Source of the DNA: Eledone cirrhosa
Taxonomy: Eukaryota
Assembly: GCA_964016885.1 (NCBI GenBank)
Contig: OZ024740.1
Location: 99,262,001 to 99,326,000, forward strand
Reading direction: 5' to 3'
Length of the DNA stretch: 64,000 bases
Made by a program: the position numbers and the translations under genes. Below the pieces are notes generated by a model. That model was given only the letters and a program-made list of their open reading frames with translations, had not been told where the DNA came from and did no database searches. Shown piece by piece: positions 23,806 to 36,490 of the stretch. Numbering within the stretch: position 1 is the first letter of the stretch; each line of letters starts with the position of its first letter.

Positions 23806-26800
23806 ATGACCTCACTCAGAATAGGCAGCATAAATGCGCGTGGCTTGGGGTCGTCATGGAAGCAGGGTCACCTGCTCAACGACCTCAGGTCACTAAACAT
23901 AGATGCAGTGGCCATCAGCGAGACCAGAATCTCCGAAGCACGGGCCTTCGCACCGATCTTCGGCGGCTACGATGTGTACGCATCTCCCAGCCGTCCTGGA
24001 TCGGGTGGAGGAGTTGCTGTGCTTTTTCGGAGAGGTTTGGATCTCGCCATACGGGCCATCTTCCTGGACCCAGAGGGTAAGCTGGTGGTGCTGGACGTGA
24101 CAAGCGGAGACGGGCAAGCTTTCAGGCTAGTGGCCGTCTATGCCCCGATAGGAGCAGGGCGGCCTGATTTCTTCCGGCGTCTGGAGACCTTTCTTGGAAC
24201 GTCCCGCTCTTTAGTGTTAGTGGGCGACTGGAACGGGATCTTAGATGCACGCTGGGACTGTGTGGGATTAGCGGATACGGGTGGAGGGTGCAAGAGCCTC
24301 ACTAACCTGCTCAGGCGTTTTGAACTGTCTGACAGGTACCGATTGGATTTCCCGAATGTGCCAATGTGGACATGGACAAACCGCATAGGGTCATCCAGAT
24401 CATATCTAGATAGAGTATTTTGTAGGGAAATAGATAGGTCTAGCATAGGCTGTCCACAATTCAAGATAGTCAGCTACACGGACCACAAATTCGTGATCTG
24501 TGTGCTTGACTTAGATAGGCTTCATAGACGAGGACCCGGCTACTGGAAGCTAAAAGCGTCCTTACCAGCGCGCAAGGCCTACAGAGACCGGATTAGCGAA
24601 CTAGTTAAGCGGGCGTTGACGGGGGCCATCGTCAACAACAAGTGGTGGTTTGCTCTGAAAAGAGCGATTAGAATAGAATTGATTAGGTTTAGTAAGGCTT
24701 TAGCAATAGAGAAAAATAGAGCAGAGGGAGAACTAGTTAGAAAATTAGACGAGGCGCTTAGCAAAGGCATTGCGACCGACGTGCTTGCGGCGAAATTGGC
24801 CCTTGACCAATTCTTCAATGCAAAGCACGAAGGCTGCGTTGTCAGAGCTAGGGTGCGTGCTCTCAGACACAAGGGGACGAAAGCCGTTCAATGGGCCCGA
24901 GTGGCGGAGGCGCGTCCTGGCAACAAAGCCACGATCCGGTCTTTGGTGGAACACGACGGCCGCATGCTACTCGATCCCGGGCAAATGTGTGAAGCTTTTC
25001 AGCGACACTTCGCTCAGCTGTTCGGGGGCAGCGGTGGGCCGGGTAGAGGGATGGACTTTAGTGTCTACCTCGGCGGACTGCCGCGGCTCTCGGCCACTGA
25101 GGCGGCGTGTTGCGAAAAGCCGATAACAGCCGCTGAAGTAAGGGAGGCAATGACTGGCTGCACAAGGGGTAAATCGCCTGGTTTGGATGGTCTGCCCTAT
25201 GAACTTTACGTACAGATGCCAGACTTGTTCGGGGGCCTCTTGGCGGACGTCTTCTGCAACTGGCAACAGAACGGGAGAATTCGCAGTTCTGTGAGCCGAG
25301 GAGCGGTGGCACTGCTGAGAAATGATCCGAACAAGGGGGATAACATAGACAATTTCCGGCCCATAACTCTGCTAAACACAGAGTTTAAGATTTTGGCCAA
25401 GGTGCTAGCAAAGAGGTTGGCGCTTGTCGTTGGTGGTCTGGTGGGAGAGGCGCAGACATGCGCCATTCCCGACAGATCCATCCACGACAACCTCCACCTC
25501 ATGCGATACATCGTAGAGAGGGTAGCTAGGGAACCTGGCACGGGTGGGTCCTTGATCAATTTAGATCAGTCGAAAGCTTTCGATAGGGTCGACCATCGTT
25601 ACCTAGAGGCAGTCCTGAGGGCGGCTGGTTTTGGGCACAGCGACATCTGCTCTGTGGTGAGAGTGAACGGACACCTGTCTGAGCCGTTCAACATCATGTG
25701 CTCGGTCCGCCAAGGATGTCCCCTCTCGTCCCTCTTGTACGTATTGACTCTCGAGCCATTACTGCACAAACCGGAGACGTTGAGGGGCGTCCTGCGCGAA
25801 CTAGGATGCGGAAGATCCGTGTCAGCATATGCGGATGATGTCACCGTAGTGGTGTCGAACGCCAAACACATCGAAGCGATCGGCACTACACTAAGAGAAT
25901 ACGAAGCGGTGACAGGAGCAATGGTCAACCAAGAAAAGTCAGTGGGCCTGCAGCTCGCCACCTGGAGAGGCAGGTCCATGCCGTCCAACAGCGTCGTCGG
26001 GCGCTGGACGGACGGACCGGTTAAATTGCTAGAGGTCTGGTTCGGTCCGGACCTCCAGACGGACAAAAATTGGGACGAGGTGACGAGCAGGGAGGCTTCT
26101 CTCACCCAGAAATTGGCGGAGAGGCAGCTATCCCTGAAAGGTCGAGCGGAGGTGGCTAACGCGTACATCGCGTCAGTCATCTGCTACCTCCTGACCGTCG
26201 TACCTTGTCCTAAGCCTCGCCTGACTGCGTGGAGTGTTTGCTCTTTCGCTTTTTGTGGAAGGGACGCGCTCCGATGGTCAGGCGGCCATCTGTTGTCAAC
26301 ACCCGCTACGTGGAGGGCTGGGCATGCCGTGGCTGATGATGCGCAGACACGCGCTCAGGCTACGACATCTCCACCTCTTCCTCGACGGTGATCAGGTGTG
26401 GTCGCCGTTTGCTAGACACGTATTTCCCCAGCTCGTTTCGTTGACGGAGCTGCAGTCCTGGGTCAAGCGAAGACCGAGAGGGAGCGCCTGGAGACTGGAA
26501 TGTCTTCAGGCGCTCACAGCCCTCGACAAATCGGGCCATGTGATCGGTGGAAACTCCACCTCGGCGTTCTATAGAGGATTAGTGGAGGGGAAGAGCGACG
26601 ACGTACTTGGGGAAAATCTAGGCGTCGACGAAAATCAACTAGCCAATCTCTTCGGAAGAACTTTCGGGCCAGGCCCTATGGACAACTTCCAGAAATCTCT
26701 GGCCTGGCAGTGCTACCGAGGAGCCTTGCCAGTTCGGGATAAACTCTACAGGCATGGAGGTGCCGTCAGCTGGGCATGTCCGAGATGCGCGCAGGGCGAC

Positions 26801-27193
26801 GAAACCGTCCTGCACGTACTCGTCCAGTGTTCGAAAATTGCTGACTTGTGGGTTCATGTCGAACACCTGCTGTCGCGTGTAGGACGGATCCGGCTATCAT
26901 CTGAGTCCATCGTGAGGATTGCGCCGCCCTCCTCCTTTAGCCGGGAAGGGGAGGCAGTTTTTATCTGTCTGGTGGCCATGGCAAAAGAGATAGTATGGTG
27001 GACACGTTTGAAATGGCTGAAGACGAGCACTTACCTCTTCGGTGATGCTCTGATTGACTTTTTCAAATTTCATTTGAAATGGAAAATCAGAGTAGAGAGG
27101 GAAGTGCTCTCTTCCCAGCATTTTGTTGAAAGATGGGTGAGAGAAGCAAGAATGGCCCGAGTGAATGCGCCTACTCTGAGTATATATCTGTAA
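23806..27193 (+). pseudogene. Tx1 copy B ORF2 (APE-RT-CCHC), nearly intact
   Basis: 861-aa open frame with APE motifs (TDHK) and RT motifs (RQGCPLS, AYADD); frameshifts near 26230 and 26285; 30-nt in-frame deletion at ~25636 relative to copy A. Confidence 0.93.
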
Positions 27194-27443
27194 ATTAAAG
27201 GTGGAAAACTGAGAGAGGGCACTTGCCTTGGTGGTCAGGGTCACTGTGGCCTTTTTACTGGGCTTTCTCCACAAATGTCCCTCTGAAGCCTCCCCACTAT
27301 TGGGGAATTTTTCATTGTTATTTTTTTTGTTACATCCTCTGTTTTTGTTTTTTACATGCAGAAATGCCCATTGTACCGTACTGTATTGCCCTGCACTGTC
27401 CTTAATGTCTACTTTATGTAAACCCTTGTGGTTAATAAAGAAA

Positions 27444-27445
<2 letters not shown>

Positions 27446-27497
<52 letters not shown>

Positions 27498-27507
27498 TAT
27501 CATTATT
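27446..27507. repeat. (TTA)n tail/target of Tx1 copy B
   Basis: Direct reading. Confidence 0.92.
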
Positions 27508-27897
27508 CACTTGACAGACATTTTCTATTTGGTCATGATGTGTTATCTAACAATACATTTCATAATCCAATTGAATATTCTTTTCATGTAGCTTGTGACA
27601 AAATAATGTTTAAAGAAATTACATATTGTTTGAGAAAATGCGTGAAAGATATCTGAGTTTTCCCACCATTGGTAGAATAAAGAATAAGAAGTGATAGACA
27701 ATTGATTTTTATGTCATACTTTCTACAGCTTCTTGAATGACATGGAAGATGATAGATTTTTTTAAAACATTCTTTTCAACAACTATTGTCAAACCAACTA
27801 GCCAAAATAGAAGTCATTGATCTTATAAAATTATACTAGTAATCCTGATTAGATGACACGTGTGTTAGTCTGTCAGTATTTAATACTGCATTATTTG

Positions 27898-27939
<42 letters not shown>

Positions 27940-27946
27940 AGCAAAG

Positions 27947-27970
<24 letters not shown>

Positions 27971-27977
<7 letters not shown>

Positions 27978-28235
27978 AATAACAGGTGGCTGGAGTGGTG
28001 TATAATATAAGATTAATTATACTATGAACATTTCAATGACTGGGTTCAGTATGAATCCGGTGACATCATCAGGTATTCGAAATTTAACAAAGGAATATAA
28101 TCCATGGGGCTGAAAAGGCAATTTCGAATACCTGATGATGTCACCAGATTCATACTGGACCTGGTCATTGAAATATTCATAGTATAATAAACCTTTAAGG
28201 AATTACACCAGTCCAGCCTCCTGTTATTTTATAAT
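27971..28235. repeat. Imperfect inverted repeat (~114-bp arms, 35-nt spacer) containing hammerhead-like cores
   Basis: 27971-28084 is the reverse complement of 28120-28235; each arm has CTGATGA-hairpin-GAAA. Confidence 0.9.
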
Positions 28236-28373
28236 TAACTCCGTACTCGCACAAACAACAACACAAACGAAGACAGGTGAGTTGCATTACGTCGAGTGCT
28301 CTCCCTAATATTACATCAAGATTGACTATATGGAATGACCAGTTCTATCCAGTGGAGAACCAACAAACCTAAA

Positions 28374-28430
<57 letters not shown>

Positions 28431-29394
28431 GCAAATATATATATATTTATATATCCAAAATTAAATTAAATTAAGGGAGTCATTCTTGTTGATATATATA
28501 TTTATATGTATAACACAACCATCTGTAAGTGATAAGCTATTTCCATTGTAAAGATACTCTAATGGATCTTTGACTAAGCTACACATATACCTTCAATAAT
28601 AATCCAGTTCACTCAGATGTGAATAGGCACTGTGGTGTCGAGTAACTTAAGATATGCACATCAGTTGAATTTAAAGAAACAATTAAAATTTTGAAGTCCC
28701 TCTTTTTATAATTATATGACTCCCATGGATGTATGGTGAAGATGTTTGCTTTGTAACCAAATGGCTTTTGTATTCTCTTCTGTGTGGAGCTCATGTTTAC
28801 TATTGCCTTATGAGTAAAGTAGGCATAAAATGTGTGTAAGCCTCTTGGCAAAGCTGGTGTTACTATTGGGAGTGTATACAGGGTGCCTTTTATCATGGCA
28901 CCAGTACCAGAAATGTTCTCATATCTTCATTCAGTCTCCAGTCACTTTACAGAGTAAACGGGGAAGCATCTTATAATAGTGAAACTCAAGGAAGATTGGC
29001 AAGTCCTGTCTTTAACAAGGATAAAATAATCCCATTCATCATCACTTTACAGTCAGGACTGAATGCAATAATGAAGAATGTTAAGGGACTTAGTTCAGTA
29101 ACTTAGATTCCCATTATTAAGTTTCAGAGCATAACTGAATAATGGAAATCTTTCTTACATAAAGTTATGAGAGAAGCCTTACATTGAAATAAAATCCTTT
29201 TAAAATTGATCGTTTTATATCATAAAACCAAGGCAAATCTTAGTTGGTATCAAAAGTGTTAAACCAATCAATTCAATGACAACTATGTAAAGTTGGTAAT
29301 GATGTTAGTGTTACCTTGCAGTATTGAGTTAAACATTTATAGAAGTGGCTAAAAGAAGAATTTATGCAATAAGTTCCATTTAGAATTAATAGGC

Positions 29395-29535
29395 ACTGAA
29401 TTGGCAGAATCTTTAGAGCATAGAACAAAATACCGTGCACAATTTGCTCTGGATTTCAACACACTGAGTTTACAGGTTATAGAGGTTAACTTTGTTTTTC
29501 ATCATTTTGTTGTTGATAACATTAAGTACCAGTTC
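29395..29535 (+). mobile_element. Old SINE copy
   Basis: ttggcagaatctttagagc..gaggttaactttgtttttcatc..gataacattaagtaccag. Confidence 0.6.
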
Positions 29536-32361
29536 AGGGCAATGTCTTGATAGAATTATTTCAGCATCAGACTAGTTGCCTTATAGATTATGTTCTAGCT
29601 CTTTGTATTCTATGTTCAAATCATGCTGTAGTCTACTTAGAGGTAAACGTAATGTGTCACCCAGCTTAATACCACTAACAAGCCTTTGATGACTGTTATG
29701 AAGTCTAATCTATTACAGAGGCTCAGGTTAATGAAAGCCTTATGAATAAAATTTGGTAAATGGAAAACATAGAAGACCATCAGATATGTGTATTGATCTT
29801 TCAAATTTTTTACTCTTAGCCTGTGACTTTATCAATGACTATGTACTGTTTTTCATGTCCTAATTATTCACACCTATCCAATGCTATCTAAGAGTTCCTT
29901 TCATATGTTCTGCTATTTACTTTAAGTTTGTAATATACATTGTGCTAGATTTAGCTTTTGGTATAGGATCGTTGCATTTATATTGAGGGGTTATTATACT
30001 GTAGAATGTCTTCTAAACAAACAAGCAACCAACCTTTATTTCTTCTAAAGAGAATCAAATTAATATTCCTGTGTTCAATATATCTATATAAGAAAAATAC
30101 CTGAAAAGAAAACAATGCTAGAGTAAATCCTAAACAGATGGAACAGTGCTTTCAATTCTGATCTGGACATTAAAGAATCTGAATAAGAATTAGAATATTG
30201 GGAATTATAAATCTATGATGATTCGTAGAGCGTTATTTCTTGGATGAAGGCGCTGTTTCTAAAGGAAATGAATTGTTGATTTCTCCATTTGCAATCCATT
30301 GGTTTGTGAGAAATAACCTTCATGTACTTTAAGCATGTAATTGCTTAGGAAAATACATAGTGTGACAACAGCATCAGATATTTGGAGAAATGGGGTTACT
30401 TATAAATATAAATAAAAGGAATAGGTAGTTGATTTGGTAGAGTTGTTAGCACATTGGATATTGATCTGTGTGTTCCAAGTTCAAATTCTGCCAAAGTCCA
30501 CTTTGACTTTCATTCTTCCAAATATCATATCCCAAATGTTTTGGTGTCTCCCTCTGCATTGCAACTGTATGGATATAACATTATCACCATTTTTACATCT
30601 GCTTTTCTATGCTTGCACGTGTTTTATAGGACATGTACATACATACATGTATATATATGTATGTATGTGTCCATATAATGGAAATTGATTCTATAATGAA
30701 TATAACTATTGCTTTGACTATTAATGAGCTGCAAAATGAAGATGTCATTTTAGACTGGTTGAAATATTGCAGCTTTTAATTCAACTATTATATAAATATC
30801 TCTTCTTAGTTAAATGCAATGCAGAATCATGACAATTGACATTGTGTATAGAGGCATATATCTGTTCAGACTACCAATAAAAGGACAATGTTTGTCACAT
30901 GAGTGGCAGACGTTATTTCATGTTGCAATGATCTATTATCACGTTATTTTGGTTCATGTAATCTACAGTTGTTAACGAGACCAATATTAGAAATAGAAGC
31001 TTTGTTACAATTTGAATAAATGAGTGGATTATTAACATATATGAGTTTTCCTTTACTTTTGTCTCATTTCAAGTTTGCATGCTTAATGTGAATCTTCTCA
31101 AAATACACAGATACATTAAATATATGTTTTTCTTATCAAGCCTTATTTATCAATTGCCTTTTCCCCAACTTTCCAGATCACATTTAAAGCAATCAATGTA
31201 TATGTACATAAATAGATATTTATATATCTTCGGGTTCAATGATAAGCATTAAACTTTTTTTTTTATCAATTTGATGTCCAATGTTTGAATTAAAAAGTAA
31301 TAGGTTCAGTATTCTAAAGGAACAAATTCTTTTCCCATAATTCTCAAAATGAATCAGCATGACATAATATATGACAAACCCAGACCATTCAATTACTGGT
31401 ACAGTCTATTCATGGGGCTTCTACACAGAATTTGTTTACCCAATTTCACTCACAAGTTTTGGGCCAACCCAAGGTTACAGTAAAAAGCACTTGTTTAAGA
31501 TTCTAGACAGTGAAAAAATGCAGGATCTCATATTTATGAAGCAAACGTGTTAGCTATTCAGCCATCCCAGTCTTGATACTTGCATATACATGTATACGTG
31601 TATATACATGTATATTTACAGCTAGTCCAAAAGAAATGAATACATTTCACATGTACACAAATAAACACACACACACACACACACACAAATAAACATATGA
31701 CGCTGAGAGGAAAATAAAAGGGAAGAGAAAGACAAACAAAAAGAAAGAAGGAAAGGAAAAAGAAATAAAGAAATAAAGAAAGAAATGAAGGAAGGAAGAA
31801 CTGAAAATGACATCAGTTACTAATATGATTGAGTACGATTCCCACCAATTAATTTTCTTTAACTTTTACTAAAAAAAAAAAAAGTCACGAACCATTTATT
31901 GCTTATTAACTATTTAGCTTATTATTATTCTAAAATGCCATGTATTCCAACTACTTCTATTTAATTCTGTATTATATGTTTTGGGAAAATAGAAAAAAAC
32001 AAACAATGTTGTTTTGTATCTTGCATTTGTTATGAGACAAGAGATGCTTATAACCATTTTAAGTCCAAAGAATGTCATTATATATTCCCCCGACACCACA
32101 GATAGATGTTGCTTTTTAGATTTGATTTCTCTCTCTCCATTTACTTTTAGCTTATGTCAGCAAGGGAAGAAAAAAAGATGCATTATTTAGTTTTATGTTA
32201 TTTCCTGTGCTCTCCCTCTCTGCAGGTATTATATATATATACAGACTCATATCATAATATATATATATATATATCACAGAAAAAAAGAGAATCAGCGTTG
32301 CGACAAGTGTGCGTGTGAGTGTGTGTGATTTATGTACATGTATATATATATATATATATAT

Positions 32362-32392
<31 letters not shown>

Positions 32393-33455
32393 CATGTCTA
32401 TGCGCATGTGCATATATATGTATGTATGAATTATATATATATTCTGCAGGTTCTTATGATGACTGTTTTTAGAATTAAATAATGTGATGTGTTCAATGAA
32501 TAAATTGTGGAGATTTTTCTGTTGGCAAACCTACAAAGCAAGAATCAATTAAAGACATTTAGTTCATGGATGACTGGATGATTCTTTAGAATTCATTCAG
32601 AAATATGCTGGACTGGAGAAGCATAACAATTTACAATAAAAAAAAATACACTACATTAATTGATTTTCTTTTGATTTGTGGGGGGGGGGGGGGCAGATTT
32701 TAAGTTATTTATCATCATCATCATCGTTATTATTATTATTATTATTATTGTTATTGTTGATGTTGTTGTTATCATTCCTTCTTTTCTGGGTTTTATATAA
32801 TTTCTTTAGGATCATTACCCATGACCTGGGGCATGAAAAGCTAAGTGCCTTTAGTCCCCTGCATAGAAGGTGTGCCATAAAAGCAACTAACTCACAGAAA
32901 GAGATATCTTATTTATGCACACATGCATATATATATACGAATTAGTGTTGAATAAATATTAACTGTTGAAGTATAAAATATAATTTAGATCAGGTGGGTG
33001 ATCTACATGTACTGCATTGAGAAAACCCTTCCAGGTATGTGTGCAGTGCTTTACTTCAATTGATTTGATCATGATATATAGATCCATTAATATTTAAAGA
33101 TGCATAAAAATATTCATCAAAATAAAAAGGTAAGTTATAAAATTAATTCATTATCCTACAGATGACAAATATATAAAAATGTATAAATAAAATAGCAAAA
33201 ATGTTTATACTGTCTTTTTCCAGGATCATTAGATTCAAATATTCACATCCAATAAATAAAAAAAAAGAATCAATTATATTAAAAGCTAACAACTACTCAG
33301 CTGAATAGTCAACAATATAGGTATAAAAATCTGAAGTTGTTTGTATAACAATTATTTTTTTTAATGTTCAACTTCTCTGATAAGGAAATACATGGAGAAA
33401 CAATGAAGTATCACAATATCTGGGACCAGATTGTGAAAATTAAATAATTTAATAC

Positions 33456-33790
33456 GAGTGGATTGGCAGAATCGGTAGAGCATCAGACACCTTGCTTTGC
33501 AGCATAGAGTGATGGCCCTTTATGTTCTGAGTTCAAATCCCGCCGAGGTTAGCTTTGCCTTTCATCCTTTTGGGGTTGATAAAATAAAGCACCAGTAATG
33601 CACTGGGGTCGTTTTAATCAACGTTCTCCTCCCCCAATTTGTTGGCCTTGTACCTATAGTAGAAATCATCATTATTAATCCCGCCGAGGTTAATTTTGCC
33701 TTTCATCCTTACGGGGTCGATAAGATAAAGTACCAGTAATGCACTGGGTATTTGCTGGCCTTGTGCCAAATGTAGAAACAATTATTATTA
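33456..33790 (+). mobile_element. Two tandem SINEs (full long subtype 33456-33676; truncated short subtype 33677-33790)
   Basis: A-box TGGCAGAATCGG, B-box GAGTTCAAATCC, ATT tails. Confidence 0.88.
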
Positions 33791-33791
33791 T

Positions 33792-34301
33792 AGAAAGGAG
33801 GTGTGGCAAGTCTTCCTCTGCCTGGTATTTATGTCGAAGGAAGCTGTATGGTGGACTCACTTCAAAGTATTGAGGACATGAATCTTCCTCTCCAGCTAAA
33901 GCCTCGTCAACTTCTTCAAGTTCCACTTGAGGAGTTCCAATTGACAAGGCTGAATTGGACTACTATGTTTTTTGAAGCAGGAGAAAGGAAAATGAGAGAG
34001 AATACGTTTAATGCTCTTGGGGCAACATAATAACCCAGTGTTTTGTGTGGGGGTTCTCCCTGGAATTACCATAAACTGCCACTCTTTACATAATTGGGGA
34101 GCTGGTACTTGTTGATATTCATTACTGTTATTGTTTTTCTATTGTTATGTATGTTTATTACAAATTCCATTATTGTTATCCCTATTGTTTTCTCTTCAGT
34201 GAAGACTTCTTTCTTTCACTTGAAGTAAACCCCTCCCTGTTGTATTATTTCAATTTTCTATCTTTCCCAATGTCTTCGACCCTTGTGCTCAGTAAAAGAA
34301 A
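33792..34301 (+). mobile_element. Older, diverged Tx1-type 3' fragment
   Basis: Translates QVFLCLVFMSKEAVWWTHFK..SLVNFFKFHL, matching Tx1 ORF2 C-terminus AVFICLVAMAKEIVWWTRLK..LIDFFKFHL; ends cccttgtg..agaaa like the Tx1 3' end. Confidence 0.75.
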
Positions 34302-34881
34302 TAATAATTGTTTATATTTTAGGCACAAGGCCAGCAATTACCCGTACATTACTGGTACTTTATTTTATCAACCCCGTAAGGATGAAAGGCAAAGTTAACC
34401 TCGGCGGGATTTGAACTCAGATCATAAAGGGACGTAACTCTATGCTTCAAAGCATGGTGTCCGACTCTCTACCGATACTGTCCATCCACCGCCCTGATAA
34501 TTGTTTCTACTTTTGGGCACAAGGCCAGCAAATACCCAGTACATTACTGGTACTTTATTTTATCGACCCCGTAAGGATAAAAGGCAAAGTTAACCTCGAT
34601 GGGATTTGAACTCAAACCGTAAAGGGATGTAACTATGCTAGAAAGCATGGTGTCCGACCCTCTACCGATGGTTTCTTATATAGGCACAAGACCATCAATT
34701 TTGGGGAAAGTCGATTAAATCGACCCCAGTGCATGACTGGTAATTTATTTTATCGACCCTGTAAGGATGAAAGGAAAAGTTAACCTCGGCGGGATTTGAA
34801 GTCAGATCATATAGGGCCGTAACCCTATGCTGCAAAGCATGGTGTACGTCCTTCTACCGATACTGCCAATCCACCGCCCTC
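34300..34881 (-). mobile_element. Three tandem SINEs (~34300-34494, 34496-34669, 34670-34881)
   Basis: Each has ggatttgaa B-box complement and shared body. Confidence 0.88.
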
Positions 34882-35004
34882 ATAATAATAATAATAAATA
34901 TTATTGTTATTATTATTATTATTATTAATATTATTATTATTGTTATTAGGGTTGTGGATTATAGGAATAGTTAGAATATCAGTCAAAATAGATAATGCCT
35001 TACA

Positions 35005-35150
35005 TATATAGTTATGGCTCTTTATGTTCAAATCTGACCAAGATCAACTTTGCCTTTCATCCTATTGGTGTTGATAAAATAAAGTACCATCAAGTACTGG
35101 GGATAATTTACCCTCAAACTGCTGCCCTAAGGCCTTAATCAGAAACATTT
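35005..35150 (+). mobile_element. SINE copy, partial
   Basis: gttcaaatc..ctttgcctttcatcc..gataaaataaagtacc. Confidence 0.7.
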
Positions 35151-36107
35151 ATCAAATGGTGAAATAGACTGGGTCAGAAGAGTATTGGAAAGGAGTGTGC
35201 AAGGAAATGAAGGAAGGGGAAAACCAAATACAACATGGTGAAAAATGTTTGAGGAGGTGAATGAAACAGTAGAAAATGAAGTTTATCATGTTGCCCACAA
35301 AGCTAACACTTCTTTAGTAGGTAGATGGCCTTAAAATGTTTGTTGTAAGGTTTGTCTGAAATATATAGTCATATAACAAGCTTTGATTGGTATGGAATAT
35401 CAGAGATAAAACTTACATATGAGGGTATACTTCAAAAGTGCAATGACTTAAATATTTTGCAGTTGTGCATTTCTAGTTGTTCAAACAGTTAACAAAAAGA
35501 AAAACAAAATATTTAAATCATTTATTTGTTTGTTGTTTTCTTTTTTAATCACTTGTGTGTCTTTTCAGAACATGAGTGATTTGGGAGGAAACCCAACAAT
35601 ACCTTTACATTTGACATTAATATTTAAAAAGAATTCTTTGAAACAGGAAAATATGAACATTTATGAAAATTTGTCAAATGCATACAGATGCATAAAGATA
35701 TTAATAATGAATTTCCTGTTTTGTTTGTTAAGTTATTTCTTTCTTTATTTCTTGGAAAACGTTGTCTGACAATGGACTTCAGTCTTTGTTGAACATAGTT
35801 CACTGGACTTGTTTTCTTTTTCTCTTTTTGAAATATATTTTAGTGATTCCAATCATATGTATAGCTCTAAGAGTGATTGTGAAACACATGGTTCTAAACA
35901 TAATCACCATTATCATAATCCATCATAATATAATGGTATTTGTTAGATGAGTCATTATGATTCAAGATTAGATAAGTCAGAGGAACATGCCTTACCTATT
36001 TGTCTCATATTTTGGAATCGTGTTGATGATGATGATGATACACTCTGTTAAGTGGTAGAGTTGGTGTCACAAATGCAACCAGTCTATTGTGTAAATTGGT
36101 TTCTGCT

Positions 36108-36490
36108 GTGGATGTATTTTATTGTGGCACCTACACTACCACTTTACAGAGTGTAGTGGGTGTATTTTATTGTGGTACCAACACTACTACTTTACAGAGT
36201 GTAGTGGATGTATTTTATTGTGGCACCTACACTACCACTTTAAAGAGTGTAGTGGATGTGTTTTGTTGTGGCACCTACACTACCACTTTACAGAGGATAG
36301 TGGAAGTATTTTATTGTGGCACCTACACTACCACTTTACAAAGTGTAGTGGATGTATTTTATTTGTGGTACCAACACTACCACTTTACAGAGTATAGTGG
36401 GAGTATTTTATTGCAACACAAACACTGCCATTCTCCAGAGTATACTAGGTGCATTTTATCTTGACATCAGCACTACCATTTTATAGAATC
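36108..36490. repeat. 48-bp minisatellite, about 8 units, decaying rightwards
   Basis: Unit gtggatgtattttattgtggcacctacactaccactttacagagtgta; 16-aa period in ORF 36087..36464. Confidence 0.92.

Larger units (their letters stand above)
21497..27445 (+). mobile_element. Tx1-clade non-LTR retrotransposon, copy B, apparently full length
   Basis: ~220-nt 5' UTR, ORF1, ORF2, AATAAA at 27434, (TTA)n on both sides. Confidence 0.92.

Noticed and set aside
25599-26180. Long antisense ORFs within Tx1 and R4 coding regions
   Set aside because: Shadow ORFs of coding sequence, with no recognisable motifs
28600-29200. 95-aa minus-strand ORF and faint GIY-YIG-like traces on the plus strand
   Set aside because: Too degenerate to assign; no splice or domain support
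32985-33040. Short AG..GT-bounded segments that could be micro-exons (also ~45230-45285)
   Set aside because: Splice-like motifs arise by chance in AT-rich DNA; no consistent reading frame or homology
36108-36490. CRISPR-like regular repeat
   Set aside because: Contiguous tandem units without unique spacers; eukaryotic context and no cas genes
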